From Vicugna vicugna (taxonomy: Eukaryota), in the NCBI GenBank assembly GCA_013265495.1, contig MU058531.1, positions 3,596,911-3,660,910 of the forward strand: DNA of 64,000 nucleotides. The letters are read 5' to 3'. Shown here piece by piece: positions 13,501 through 28,147 of the stretch (the first letter of the stretch is position 1; each line of letters begins with the position of its first letter). The notes below the pieces were generated by a model. The model ran no database searches, had not been told where the DNA came from, and worked only from the letters and a program-made list of their open reading frames with translations. Position numbers and translations under genes: made by a program.

Positions 13501-14419
13501 GTAAAGCCATTTGAACCAGGCATTTTAACTGCATGCATGTTGGCATTCTGTTTCCAGTTTCTTAGACCTGATTAGCATGAAGTTGTGATGCTTATGAGAA
13601 TAAAAATGTAATAAGATGAGTGATCTCATTTACTTCTTGGCAGCCTGCATGGCCTTGATTTGGCATAAAGATATGTTGGTCTAAGCATTTGTGGTCTGAT
13701 GAAATTGTAAATCATAGGTGAGAAATGAGCTTCCTTGTTTTTCATTTTCAAAGAACATAATCCTGATATATCTCTAACACCTTTAAAATTGTTTTGAATA
13801 GAAACACCAAAACAAGAACAAAGGATAAGATTATCTCTCATGCTTTGGAAATTTTTAGATATGTCTTGATTCCTATCCTTGAGATTGTCACTTAATAAAT
13901 TGATAGACTATTATGGAAACTTTACTTTCCAATTAAGTATAGTTGTGAAAACTGCATTACAAAGAACAATGTATTTTCTCCCTCTGGTTTTGACTATTCT
14001 AGAGGTGAAAGCTGATAGCTTCATTTTAAAGCGAGAGTGGTTAAATCACACATGCATCATTTAGAAGTGCATCAGCCACTAAATCCTTCCCAAACTTGTG
14101 TGCTGAGGGCTTCTTGACAGGGTACCTTCCATATATTTGCACAGTTCTAATCATCTGTATGAAAATGAGCCTTCTCATTTAGATTATGTCTATATGGTAC
14201 CAAAAGTACTGGTAAATGAGCCCATTCAATCAAAAAATAAACATGTTATTTAACAAATTTTTAAAATTATACTTCAAGCCATCATTTTGGTAACATGTAG
14301 CCAGAGCATCAGTCTTACAGATAAGCACAGGTCTCTGGATATCCTTGCAATGATGTAGACACAGCCCCCAAGTAAAGCATTTAGTTCTTGTTCGCTGAAG
14401 CCTGCCAACTCATTTTCAG

Positions 14420-14541
14420 ACAACATTCTAGAAGACAGACCTGAAAATAAATCATGTAATGACAAGCTTCAGTTTGAATATAATGAAGAAATCCCCAAGA
14501 GGATAAAGAAAGCAGATAACTCTACTTGCAACAAAGGAAAG
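14420..14541 (+). CDS. PLCE1: PLCE1 coding exon: [41 protein letters not shown]
   Basis: ttttcag acceptor, AAG|gtgggt donor, 122 nt, phase 1-0. Confidence 0.93.
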
Positions 14542-15461
14542 GTGGGTGAATGGTTTCTGTTAAATTATACTTGGACCTTATGGTGCTCTTGTCAGTTTCA
14601 GGTGGGATTTCACTCCCTCCCCATCCTTTCCCTTTCCCTTTCCCTTTCCCCTCACTTTCCCTTAGACGCCAAAGCCCACATGGTGATGATACGGGACCCC
14701 ATCTGCCATTTGTAGGAGTCATTAGTCATTGATTCATCCAGCCAATACCTGCTGAAGGTATTGTGTGTGGCAGGCACTCAGGTGGCACAGGAGGTGATTT
14801 AGCAATGGCGAAGAACATTTAAACAGTGCTGGTAGAGAAGTACAAAGAGCAGTGATTACACAGTGTTATCAGAGCTTAGGGAAGATGACACTGGAAAAGC
14901 AGGCAAAAATAGGGCATTCCGACCAGGAGGACAGCCTGGTACATTCAAGGAGTTGCTAGAAGTTTTAAAAGTATTTGGGATGACCAAGAATATAAACGGG
15001 GATGATTGGAAAGTGTTAATGGAGGAAGGACATTTTGAATCGAAAGATAAATGAGATACCCAGACCTGACCCTCAGGTGCCCAGCATTGGGAAAACTGTG
15101 AGCAGATCTGTAGACATAGCTGCAGTGACATTGTTGGAGAACAAAATCATAAAAAAAAAAACACCAAAAATTTGAGCTACAGAAAATACATACTCCATTA
15201 CCTATTCAATAAATATGCATTGAGTCCTCTACATTTCAGACACTGGACTATGCCCTGAAGGAAGATGAAGGACAAGTTAGGCTCCGCCCTTGTTCTCAGA
15301 AAGTTTTTCTCTAGGGAAGGTGTTGGGACATGTGTATGGAGAAGACAGAGCAAGGGAAACACACTGATGACAAGAGAAAGGAGCAGATAAAGAGCTTTAG
15401 GGATTCAGAGGTGAGTGGCATATACCTTCTGTGTAAACTGGTATCATTTTTCCGTTGATAG

Positions 15462-15647
<186 letters not shown>

Positions 15648-17771
15648 TGAATGCTCTCAGGATAACTAAATGTTTTAGTGTTGCTGAAATCATTGTAACA
15701 GTAACTTCTAAATATTTGCTGTTATTATTATTTCTTGATGCTCATGAGGAAAATACTATAAAATGTTCATTTTTCAGATCATGTCATGTATTTTCATAAA
15801 AGTCAATGATAATAATAATATTTACAACATCTAATAGCTAAAAGTTATTAAGCATTTAAGTACCAGAATTTGTGGTGAGTATTTTACATACATCATCTTA
15901 ATTGACTTCAAAGTAATTCTATGAAGTCTGGATTTATCCTCATTTTTTAAGCAAACAGTCTGAGAAAGATGAAATAATCGGCCCAGGGTTTCAGAATTTT
16001 ATCAGTTAAGGCTCTTGTTTGAAAGTGGCAGAAATGGACTTAAGCAAAAAGAAAATGCATTGGCTCATGTTTTGAAAAATGAAGGGATCTACAGGTTTCA
16101 GGTATGGCTTGCTCCACGGCTTTCTCTCTCGCCATTCCTCACTCTGCCTCCCCTGTGTTGGCACTTTTCCCCTCGTGGTTGGAAGGTGGCTGCAGCAGGC
16201 TAGCCCTGCGTGTTTCTAGATTTAGCTTCAGTCTCTTTCAGAACTTTCAGCAGCGGTTTCATTGTTTTTCACTGGCCCACTGCAGAACCAATAGCTGTGG
16301 CAAAGGGCGTGCAGTGCTCTGACCTTCCAGGGCTTGTGTCGCATGCCCCATCCCTGAGCCAGGTAGTGAGCCTCCACCCAAACCACAGGATCAAGGACAA
16401 GGTTTCAGTGGAGAAGCTGTTCCTAGAAGTACAAGTAAATGTATGCTGATAAACCACTTTCCCCCCAAAATGTGCATTTCAGTTCATAAGTGGTAGAACT
16501 GTGATTCTGAAGCTTGCCTATCTCCAAAGTTCTGCCCTTAATCATTGCACTACCCTGCCTCTTTTGTTAGGGTGTGCTGTCAATGGGCTTACCCAAATGG
16601 GGTTGCGGGGGGTGGGGCGCAAACAAGAAAGTCCATAAATATAGGGAAGTGAGAAAAATTCATCTCCTCCTATTAAGAAGGAGTCCCTCTTATAAGATTT
16701 CTGAGGATGGGAAAGCAGCTGGAATTGGGGGCCCCATCTAAATGTTGGTAAGCAGCATATATCAACATGGCCTGGAGAGGGAAGTTAAAATACCAACCCC
16801 CATTTTTTTCTTCAAGACAGTCTAAATGCAGATCTTGGCTTCCAGAGGCTCCTCTTAAAGCACCAGTTTTCACACCCTGTCCTGCAAACGGGACAGAGGT
16901 ATTGGGCTGTTAACAAATTAGATAACAGTGGTCTTCTCACACAGCAGAAGGGAAAAAAAAATCATGGCTTGAACTTTCTCAATTTTCAGTTTTCTCCCAC
17001 AAAGCATTCTTTTATCTGTGGCAGCTGCTACTGTTTATCTGCTAGCAAATTCTCTTGAGGAGAATGAGAATGAATAAGTAGCAAAGATTTCGAAGAAATG
17101 CAGGAACTTAGCCATGTAGGTTTAGTTTCACAGATTCTGGCTTTCCAGCTCATCAGTACAACATGACCATACTTACAGCTGGTGACATTGTTCTTATCAT
17201 GGGGTAAAATTCTTTCCCTGTTGAAGAGCCTGCATGTCCTTCATCACAGGAACAAATGTGACGACCACTCCATTCAAGAGTCACACTCATGGCATCTCTT
17301 GTTCTTTATAAATTCAGCTGCCACTGCACCCAAACCATTTCTCTGACTTTGTCTTTTCTTCTCAAACACTGAGTAAACAAAGTGCACAAATTCCCAGAAA
17401 TATTTGAAGTCACCACGAGAGATAAAGTTTCTGTGCTGGTAGAGAACCGTGGCAGGGTCAAAAGGTCATTTGGTCCAGCTTCTGACTTGAGGCACTGGCT
17501 AAGCATGGGGTTGTTTGATTTATTTTTAAAATTCCAAGTGGGCTATTTTTTTAAAAGTGTTTATATAGCCCGCATCCTTTATAGGTACGTTATATTTTAT
17601 TTTGTTTTATTTTTTTTAGTAATTGAAGTTTCCTACATTTTTCTTCCCCCAAAGTTATTTCCTTTCCCAAAATAACTAAATTGTAATACCTTCTAAGTAT
17701 TTACTGTTATTATGATTTGTTGTGATGTTCAGGAGGAAAATGCCTACCATAAAATGTTCATTTTGCTACAC

Positions 17772-17858
17772 TATTTTTTTTAATGGAGGTACTGGAGATT
17801 GAACTCAAAACCTCATACATGCTAAGCATCTGCTCTGCTGCTGACATATACCTACCCC
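17772..17858 (-). mobile_element. tRNA-derived SINE, antisense
   Basis: atggaggtactggagattgaac..catgctaagcat is the reverse complement of the SINE head. Confidence 0.8.
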
Positions 17859-19543
17859 GCTATGCTTTGAACTATGTTATCAGTTCCAATGCATCTCATC
17901 TTTCACCATCCCAAGTCCTTTCCAAGGAGCCATATGCAAAAAACCTTCAGAGCAGGGAGGCACCATGAAGATCCTGGGTATGACCTTCCCCATAAGTAGA
18001 GTAACCTCCCCAGGATCATGGACCTGCTTCAGTGGCAGGGACTGACGACCCAGTGACCTTGACCAGGACAATTCTATAACTTCTCTAAGCATCATATTCC
18101 TTACCTATGAAAGAGGCACAACCGTCCTAACTTGCAGGGTTGTTGTAAAAAATAGCAAGAAGTATACAGTGTGCATAGTGCGCTATCTAGAAAATAGTTG
18201 GCTCTCTGGAAGTCAACAGAGCAGGGGAAGGTTCTTTGTTGCTCCTTCGCTTACTTCTCTGGGCCTCTCCAGATTCCTTCCCCTTTCTTGATTACCGGCC
18301 CTGGTTCCTTGCTTGCTCACCCCACCCACGAGAATACCCAGGCTCCTCACAGAAGGGCCCCCCCACCCTGGGGGATGTCATCATGTGTGCAAAAACCCCA
18401 GAATGAACACAGCACTTCACTGTGGCCCCTCCTCCATTTTACTCAGGAGAAAATCCATTGTTACATCATTGTGTAGAGGGCACAATGCACACAAAATTTT
18501 AAGATATAGCATGAGAACTCACTAGTCCAAGTTTGTGCACCTTTGCAGTTATGGGTGTGTCAGAGAAAAAAAATGTTGAAGCCCCACAACTGCTGTGCAC
18601 TGAGCATTTTCTCTGAACAGGACACTCTGCTAAGTATGTAGATTGACATTATCTCATTTCATCCTAACCACCACCCTTTTGAGATGAGGAAGGAGTATCA
18701 AGAGAGGTTAAGTAACTTGTGTGAGGCCGCCCTGCAGGGAACAGGGTTTAAACCCGAGTCTACATTAAACACTACTTTACTCTGCCTTCTCTGATGATGA
18801 TCTTGGAAGGTATATTTTCATCTCAAAGTGGATCTCCTGAATGCTGCTTCAGCTAAAGGAATTTCTCTCTTATGGTACAACTGTAGACAGTGGAAACAGT
18901 TTGGAGGCCACTCTGGCTTCATCAGTGCCTTTAAGTCATGCCTCCTGCCCTGGAGCCAGGTCTGCATGGTGTGCATTCATTTCCTCATTCAGCAAATATC
19001 TGTGAAGTTCCTGCTATGCACTGGGCCCTGTGCCAGGCAGGAAGAATCCAGGGAGTGGTTGGACCAGGAGTGAGAAAGAGAAGCCATGAAACATGATTAT
19101 CATCATAATCTGTTTCCTATTTAATTCTCAGATTAACCCCATGAATGAGCACCTATCCTTGCACCCATTTTGCAGATAAGGAAACTAAGGAACCTAGAAG
19201 GTAGATATTAAGTCAAAGCTCACAAGGGCAGGAGCCTAGACAGTGTGATGCTATAGCTCAGGCTCCTGGCCATTCTTTCATCTCTCCAAATTGCCTGATT
19301 AGGTTCTGGAGCACTTTCTTTTCATACAGTTTTTCAAAATCTTTCTGGTGCACAGGCAGATGGGTGGGAGTGTGAGTTTTGTAGTCATTCTGTAATAATC
19401 ATGCAGGTCTTGTCTCATTTGCCTGCAGAGATAAGAACTTTGCTATCATTGCCTACAGTGCTATTATTAACAGTGCTAAAAATGTTAGTAGATCTTCTGT
19501 ACTGGGTTACAAAGGAGTAGTAGGACTTCAAAATAAACAGTAA

Positions 19544-19759
<216 letters not shown>

Positions 19760-20721
19760 TAACAATATCTTTGCTTAATTCTGCATGCTGGAGGAGAGCG
19801 ATATTTCACTGTCCAAGCACTTCCCTGGAACTTTTTAAATCTTTTTTTTTTCAATTTTCATGAATGTTCATATTAGCTAAGTGTGGTATAAATATTTTTT
19901 AAATTGCGAAATTACTCTCTTAACTTTCTAAAAAACTAGCATTTCACTGAAGATGTTCTAACAGAGTTTGCCTCAAAAGTAAAAATTGGAGCCACCTTGG
20001 AACCTTCTGGTGGCTCTTGGAACTGCACTCTTCACCATTATAACTCCAGAAGATATATCTATTTCATATCTTATTATTTTTTATTGTAAAAGTAATAAAT
20101 TCTCACGGTTAAAAAAAACTCAAACAATGCAGAGTATTATTAAAATTCCTTTCCACTCACAGTGTCCCAGTTCTGCTTCCCAGAGGTAACTGCTATTAAG
20201 TTTATTGTGTTTAGTTAAAGAAAAATAAGATCCTTTTAAAGATAATCCAAATGGGATATAACCAAACACAACTTGTGTAACTTTTATACTTGCTATCACG
20301 TTTCATTTAGCTCTCTGTCCACATATCTACCTTATTCTCCTTAGTGCTCCATGGTATTCCACTGTGTGGCTATGCTGTCATTTACTTAACCACTTTTTCA
20401 CTGGAAGAACTTTTGGGTGGTTTTGTTGCTTTTATTTATTTATTTATTTTTGCTATAAAAAAACAATGCTTGGGTGAACACTCTTGTATATATATTGTTT
20501 TATATTTGTGCAAAAATATCCACGGGACAGATGAGGTACCAAGGCAAAGGACATTCAGGCATCATTTTGTCTCAAGGTGGTGGAATAACTCACCAGTAAC
20601 ACTTAAGATGTTTTCTGATATATGATGTGATTGTTTACTGGGATGTTGTTCAGGTTGATCTTTCTAAAATATTTAAGAATATTTTCTGCACTAATCTAAG
20701 GCTAATCTTTTGGGGGTTTAG

Positions 20722-21012
20722 ATTCCTGTGAAGGAATGCGACCGGCCTGGGAGGACCCTTCTCCCTCCATCAACCCAGCCACATCCCTCAGCGCCATCAT
20801 TAGAACTCCCAAATGTTACCACATCTCCTCGCTGAATGAAAATGCCGCCAAACGTCTGTGTCGCAGGTATTCCCAGAAACTAATCCAGCACACCGCCTGC
20901 CAGCTGCTGAGGACGTACCCAGCTGCCACCCGCATTGACTCATCCAACCCCAACCCGCTCCTGTTCTGGCTGCATGGAATTCAGCTCGTGGCACTCAACT
21001 ACCAGACAGACG
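20722..21012 (+). CDS. PLCE1: PLCE1 coding exon (Y box): ...[64 protein letters not shown]
   Basis: tttag acceptor, G|gtaggt donor, 291 nt; RTYP..TRIDSSN and [10 protein letters not shown] are Y-box motifs. Confidence 0.97.
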
Positions 21013-21301
21013 GTAGGTAATGGGCCTGCTTCACCTGGAGGGGTGCCTCCTTACCACTCTCCTTGGCGTCTTAGATCTCAGTAGACATAATCCCACAAAA
21101 AGACATTTCATCAAGGGGGCCACATTCCCATCTAGGGCATATGTGAGATGATGGGAAGCAGAAGTGAATTTGATACTGAATTGTGCTCTTGACTTTTCAG
21201 AGTTAAGGCAACAGAAAAGAGCCTACTAGTATCCTGTTCCTGCCTCCTTTTTAGAGTATTTTTTAAACTTAAGACTCTTCTTGATGGCTGCATCCAGTTT
21301 G

Positions 21302-21458
21302 GTTTTTCTTTTCCTTTTTTTCCTTTTTTTTTTTTGGTGGGGGGATGAGGGTAATTAGGTTGGTTGGTTTGTTTATTTTAATGGAGGGACTGGGGATTGA
21401 ACCCAGGACCTTGTCCATGCAAAGCAGGCACTCTTACCACTGAGCTACACCCACCCCA
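21302..21458 (-). mobile_element. tRNA-derived SINE, antisense, with poly-T
   Basis: ggggattgaacccaggacc..accactgagctacac; T-rich tail on the left. Confidence 0.88.
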
Positions 21459-24349
21459 ACCCAGTTTGTTTTTAAAGATCTTTTGAAATAGAGATTTCCT
21501 AACACCTCTTAGTAACAGTGTTGCTAATCTGTTGTTCTTGCAGTTAAAAAGTAGGATCTTGAGGGGGAAAAAAAAGGAAGAAAGAGAGTAAAAGAGAAGA
21601 ACTGAAAAATAGAAACCAAAAATGTAAAATAAAAAACAAAAAAAAAATTTTTTAAACAAAAAGATTTTTTAAAAAACGTTTGAAAAAAATAGGATTCTCC
21701 AAACACTTGGCAAGTTAATGCCATTTTAACTTCTTCTCATCCCTTTGAGTTTGAAATGGAGAATAATGGTCAGTGCTCTAAGAGCAGATAACACAAAGGA
21801 AACAAGTCTGTGAATTACATGAACAGAGAAAGTATTGGTGCTTCACTATCCATGAGACTTTCTCACGGACGAAAACTCCAGAGTAAAAGCTCCCTGTTAA
21901 TGCATGCTCACTGTGTACCAGGCACTGTGCTCAGTTTTTGCTCTGTATTATTTTCCTTAATCTTTGAAACAATCCTAAGAAGTGGGTACCTTTATGATCC
22001 CTGTTTCTCAGATGAGCAAAGCAGGACACAAAGCAATTAATTTGCTCAAGGCCACAGAATGACTTAAACTTCCAGTTTAGAGGATAAAACATTTTGGTTC
22101 CACATAGATAGATGTTGGCGAGGTGGAGGGAGCTACAGAAGATGTAGAAAGAGTAGATGAGGAACGTTTCCTAGAAGCTCATTCAAAACCCATAGTCTTC
22201 TTTGAACAGTCAAGCGGCCTCCTCCTTCCTCACGTGAAGTGAATCAGATCATAACCAACCATGCTGACCCATCACCCACAGCAGCCAAGGTCAAACCACA
22301 GCTTTAGCTCTGGGAGCAGGTAGCTCCCTGGCATTGGCGCCGTCGGAGCTCATTTGTGGCTGACTCTGCAGACATATGGTTAGAAACATCAGTCATATTT
22401 TTTTTGCCCTAGTTATATTTGCTTCTTTCAGTTGAAATTGAATAAGCTAATGCAGGTGAAGTACCATACTTAGCATGGTGCCTGGAGCACAGAAAGCATT
22501 CCACAGACATTAACTATCATTAAGTGTTTTTGATAAGTTATGAAAACAGCATGACTTGGACTCACAAGTGGAAATAATAGTGAAATATTTGCAAAGCTGT
22601 AAAAATTTCTTTTCAATCTGTCCCAAGTGGCTTGTGGGTTTATATCTCTGGCCCTGTCTCTAGCCCTGTGTCCACTGGCGCCCTTGGTTGATATGATACC
22701 GAAATATTTTAAGTGAACTGAAATAGCCAGCAAAATGGTTTTCTCAAGGAAATGGAAATGAGCTTGGCTTTGGATGTGTCCTTTCTCCTGAAGTATTGAG
22801 GCTGGTACAGACACCCTGGCTCCACTGATGGCAGAGGGAGCCACAGCTGAAGGGGACATGGGAATGGCCCCTCCTCAGACCTCCCTGCAGTCCAGAAGCA
22901 TTCACTGACGCTGCAGCTTGGCTTCCACTCCCCTCTGAAGGCTCTGCCTCTTCCAGATGGAGCCGGCAGTGCATGTTCCAGCTGCCCCACTCAGGAGAGG
23001 CGGGTGGCTGTGAGGTGTGGTTCATCCTCAAGTTTCTCTTCAGTCTCCCAGCCCAGGAGGGAGTGCTGCCGTATAACCTCTCCTGATTCAATACAGCAGG
23101 CGATGATTTACACACCTCCCACGATGGACAAAGCCCAAGATCCATGCAGTTTCAGTCTGTTTATCTGTAAAATGATTTTCATTTCTGCAAACTGGAGGTA
23201 GAGCCTGGTTGATACTTTGCACACAGTAGATGCTCAATAAGTGCACATTGCACTGAGCTGAAACAGATTTTCCCCATCAGCCCCACTGCATTGTGAACCT
23301 GTGGTTCTTGATTTTTGGTCCAGATCCCTTCTGCACAGTTCTTTGTGAATTTCAAGTCCAAACAGAAGGATAAGAGTCAACACTGGAATCACTGTTTTTT
23401 AATTTTTGAGAAGAATTCCTAGATAGGGAGTTCTTGATCTTCCATGAAACATCCCAACTGAATAACAAGAACCCCGTCCCAGTGTTCTTCCAGCCTCCAG
23501 ATATGTTCCATGGATCATCTACTTTGTACTTCCTGAATTGCAGGGGACCCTGATGCCCCAGAGGGGTGTCCATGGACTTAGGGTCATCTCTTCCCAGGAT
23601 TTCTAATGGTTCCATCAACTCCGAGAAGATCTGCATTGATCTGGAACCAGGAGTAGCCCAGGTCTACACTCAAACTAACTTGTGAGTTTGGAAACTGACT
23701 TGAGCCTGAAATGCAGACAACAGCCCCTCAAAGTTCTTCCCAGTTAGAGCAGAATGATTCCTGCCTGATGTCCCAGGACCTACAAATATGTCAAAAGGCA
23801 GCCCCAGTCAAAAGAAAAGCTTCTATTAATATTTATTATGCTTTCCTGAATGATTATCACACTCCTTCCGATGACTTTTTTAGCCCCCAAATATAGGGAT
23901 AATGAGTATGAGAATGGTGTCCACTTGAAACAGATTTTTAATGAATAGACTCCCGTAAAGGTAAGGGTGTGCTTGATCTGCCATCTCATGTGTCGACTGA
24001 GGGGGTGATGGGGTTTCACAGATTTATGCATCTTCTTTCACTTGATTAAAACAGAGGTTTTAAAACTGCAGCCCTCCGGAAAGTCCTGGCACCACCCCTA
24101 GGGGACAGTAGGCGGGCTAGATTTAAGGTCCCACCTTTATTCCAAACTGAGTAGTTCCACATGGCTCTGTTTTACATATTAAATCACCAAATGAGATTTT
24201 AGTTAAGAAAAAAAGTACTCTTGAAAAGCTACAAAGATAGACACAGTACTAATGAAATCAGACTTCCAACCCAAATGAGTGTTGACATTGGAATCATAAT
24301 TTAATAGCTCCTGTTTATTGAGCACCATGATTCTCCTGTGAGACATGCA

Positions 24350-24590
24350 TTATATGGCTTGGTAGTTGAGATTGGGAACTGTGGGTCAGGCTGTCTGGGT
24401 TCGAACCCTAACATTCACCTCTCATCAGCTGTGTGCCTTGGATTTTTTCACTTCTTGTGCCTCAAGTTTCCTCATCGATAAAAATGAAAATAGTGAAAGA
24501 ATCTAGCTCATGGGTTACAGAGGCACCAGTACACACAAGTTCTTAGAATGGGGCCTGGTGCGTAGTAAGAGTGCAGTGAGTGTGAGCTGC
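24350..24590. mobile_element. MIR SINE remnant
   Basis: ctgggttcgaaccc..gctgtgtgccttgg..cctcaagtttcctcatc.ataaaaatg MIR core. Confidence 0.7.
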
Positions 24591-25822
24591 TGTCATGTTG
24601 TTTGTAACGTGCTGTAGATCCATTCCTCACTACCAGCTCTGCGCGAGCTAGTTTGTGTCACTCTGCACCATCCTTGCCATGTCTGTGTTCCTCTGTCACA
24701 GAGTAGCCTGGGAAGAGAGTTTTCTCCCACTGTAGGCAAGACAGCTGGCCTCAGAGAATCCACACTGGGGCTTGAGGGAGCCTGAGAGGTGGGGTCCAGT
24801 GCGCTCATCCGATAGATAAGGTGACTGAAGCCCAAGGAGCTCTGATATGTGTCTAAGACATCTTACCCCAGGGATTCCTGCACATCGTCCTGGCCAGCCC
24901 CACCTGTGGGGAAAAATTTTACACATGAGATGAGTAGAGGCCAATTTCTCTCTGCTCCATGGTGCTCACTTACCACACTTTTCCTTGATGTTAGTCCATG
25001 GAGCAAAGTTCATTCTGCACATGGAAGGAATCTACCAGGGGGAACGTTTATCAGGTGTATCTCGTAAACTTTGCTCATTTGGAATGCAGTGTTGTATACA
25101 GACTTGTGCCATCAGATGAGCATTTGAGTGTATAAGAGCCCCAAAGCAGTGAAGGAATCCAATCATTCATCAAAGGACTATGCCAAATAAAATTTGGCCA
25201 CAGAAGATTGGAAGCCGTGGTGAGGGTTCCCAGAGCTGTGATTGAGGGGATTGTGGACATGATGTGAATCACATGTGATAATGATTTTTTTTCACATTTA
25301 ACAACAATTTAAAAACAGAGGTAGAAGTGCTATAATTTATGAGTTGAAATTGAGATTTCAAGGAAAAGATGTATTTCTCTGGCTCTTCTCCTAGTCTTTC
25401 TTGGACTGTTGAAGATTTTGTCTTATGTTTGAAAAAGCAAGAATTGGTCATACAATTGTCTGCATGGTTTGGTGTTTGGGGATAAGAAAATGCCATCATG
25501 CCTTTCTAAAATTCAGTGGAAAGTGAGGTATTCCAAAGATTATTTTTTGGAAGAATGTTACAAATTTTTATTTGCAAAAGGAGTTTTTCAGCAGTTTCTG
25601 GGATGGAGCGGGAACACGGGGCATATCCCTTAGCCAGTGAGCTCCATGAAGACGGGGATTTTGTGTCTTGTTTCCTGCTGTATCTCTGGTGCCTAATACG
25701 ACCTGGCACATAGTAGGCACTCAATCTGGGGAGTGAATGGATGGTTCTCTCTTCTTCCTGCTTAAGCTTAGGGAAAATCCATACAAAGTTCTTTTGAACT
25801 TTAAGGTCAGTGTATAAGATGA

Positions 25823-26074
<252 letters not shown>

Positions 26075-27323
26075 TAGCCTTTCTGAATATGAACTGGTTT
26101 TGAATTCAAGGCAATACAAAGCTCTCACTTCACAATTTTGTTCATGCAGGTTTAATTCCCAGTAGAATTTCTTTCCATCTCAGACAGCAGTGGCTGGGGT
26201 CTAGGTGTGCAGTCACCAGGCGCTGTCTTTGCCAGAGCCCAGTAGGTGGAGTTATGAGCTCCCTGCTTCCACTTCCAAACTGATGATGGTAATTCTGCCT
26301 GAGCCCTCAGAATCATAGCTTCAGAGCGACCCATAAAAGCTGAGCTCCTCGTTAGAGCAGGTCATCCCAAACTCTAACAAGCTCTTGTAAAAGGTAAAAC
26401 AGGCCTCAATACACAAATCGGTTCAGTATCTTTCCTCCTTACAGTTGAACCTTTACCATTCCCGGCCCGTCCTTGTTCTTTTTTTGCTTAAGTAACTAAT
26501 TGTCAAAACTCCACAGACTGCCCTTACCATCAGAGTCCTGGTAGCTCGTGCACTGTATTTCCCAGTTCTCTCACTCCCTCTTGGCTGAGATAAAAACCAC
26601 TGAATGGGTGATGTGAAAGACGAGGAAGGATGAAGTTATCTTTCTATTCATCTTTAGATCACGTCTGTTTTCCTCCAAAGGAGGAATGCCAAGCAGCCTC
26701 TGCTTACGACTCCTCCAAGCCCTGGGAGGGCCCCACTCGCAGATTTTTCTACCACCAAACTGCCTTTTCTGTTCCCCTGAGACAGTAGAGTAGTAGCTCT
26801 TTTTCTGTCTGACCGTTTTTGCTAGACTTGAGTATAGCTTCAAGTTTACAGAAGGCTGTGAATTAATTTTTAACAATATGCCCTGTGACTTGCTCTAGAA
26901 CTAAACTACTCAAGAAAAAGGTTTTGAAGTTATAAAATACACACCTGAAATGCTTTGAACAGAATGTTAGTAACACATTTGTGGTTGCATATGTAAAGTC
27001 TTCTTTTTTCTTTCTTCTTCTTTTCTTAAGATGAAACTTAGGTTCATCTTAACTGTGTGTTTTTTGAAGATACTTGAGCATTTTGACAGTTGAACAGTCA
27101 CAGTTAGGTGGATGCTGTTGACAGAAGAGGCTTTCACGTGATTCCTGTCACGCAGTTACTCTATTGGGATAACTTCCTTTTTTTTTTTTAAGCAGCTTTA
27201 TGAATTGTTTACCTGGTCCATTCCACAGGGTTCTTTGTCTTTATGGAGGGAAGCACTGAGGCTCAGAGGTGACCTCTGTTTCTTTTACATCTTTGGTGAC
27301 TTTGCCCTTTTCTTCCATCTTAG

Positions 27324-27585
27324 ATTGTCTCTGGGCAGAACGTGTGCCCGAGTAACAGCATGGGAAGCCCGTGTATAGAGGTTGATGTCCTGGGCATGGC
27401 CCTGGACAGCTGCCACTTCCGCACAAAGCCCATCCACCGCAATACCCTGAACCCCATGTGGAATGAACAGTTTCTCTTCCGGGTTCACTTTGAAGACCTC
27501 GTATTTCTTCGTTTTGCCGTCGTGGAGAACAACAGCTCGGCGATAACCGCTCAGAGAATCCTCCCACTCAAGGCTCTAAAGCGAG
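27324..27585 (+). CDS. PLCE1: PLCE1 coding exon (C2 domain): [24 protein letters not shown]...LPLKALKR
   Basis: cttag acceptor, G|gtagag donor, 262 nt; NP.WNEQF and LRFAV are PLC C2 motifs. Confidence 0.97.
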
Positions 27586-28147
27586 GTAGAGTCAAATTGT
27601 CAAAAGCTCACAATCAGTGTAGCTGAGTGATGGATGCCCTGGAATTCATTATATGCTTCTCTCTACTTCTGTGTATGTTTGAAATTTTCATGTTAAAAAG
27701 TTAACGTAAGAGGCAAAGGGAAATAATACAGCTGAACACTGTTGGAGCACTTCTTGAAGGACATTTTTCTTTTATGTTGTTCTAAAATCTGAGCTTATGA
27801 AGGGCAGCCTCTCCCACCACTGCTGACGTGGGGAGCGGTGTTCCCACACATCCCTCCCCAGATAGCACCCACTGCACCCCTAGCGTCTTTAAAGCAGGGG
27901 TTGACATAAGGTGAGGAACTGAGAGGAGCGGGGGTTGGGGTGTGCTGGTGGCATCAGTGGGCCGAGGTTGGAGTTGGTGCCTGGTGGGAGCCCAGGTCGA
28001 AACCCAGGGATATGTTCAGGTTCAGAGCAGGGAAGGTGCTTCCCTGAATTCTGAGCAAAGGCCAGAGCTGTTGGCTTGCTGTGCATTGGCTTTGCCGCAG
28101 CCCTCAGGGAACGTCAGCTTGTGTCACCTGTCCAGACCGTTTGTGTG

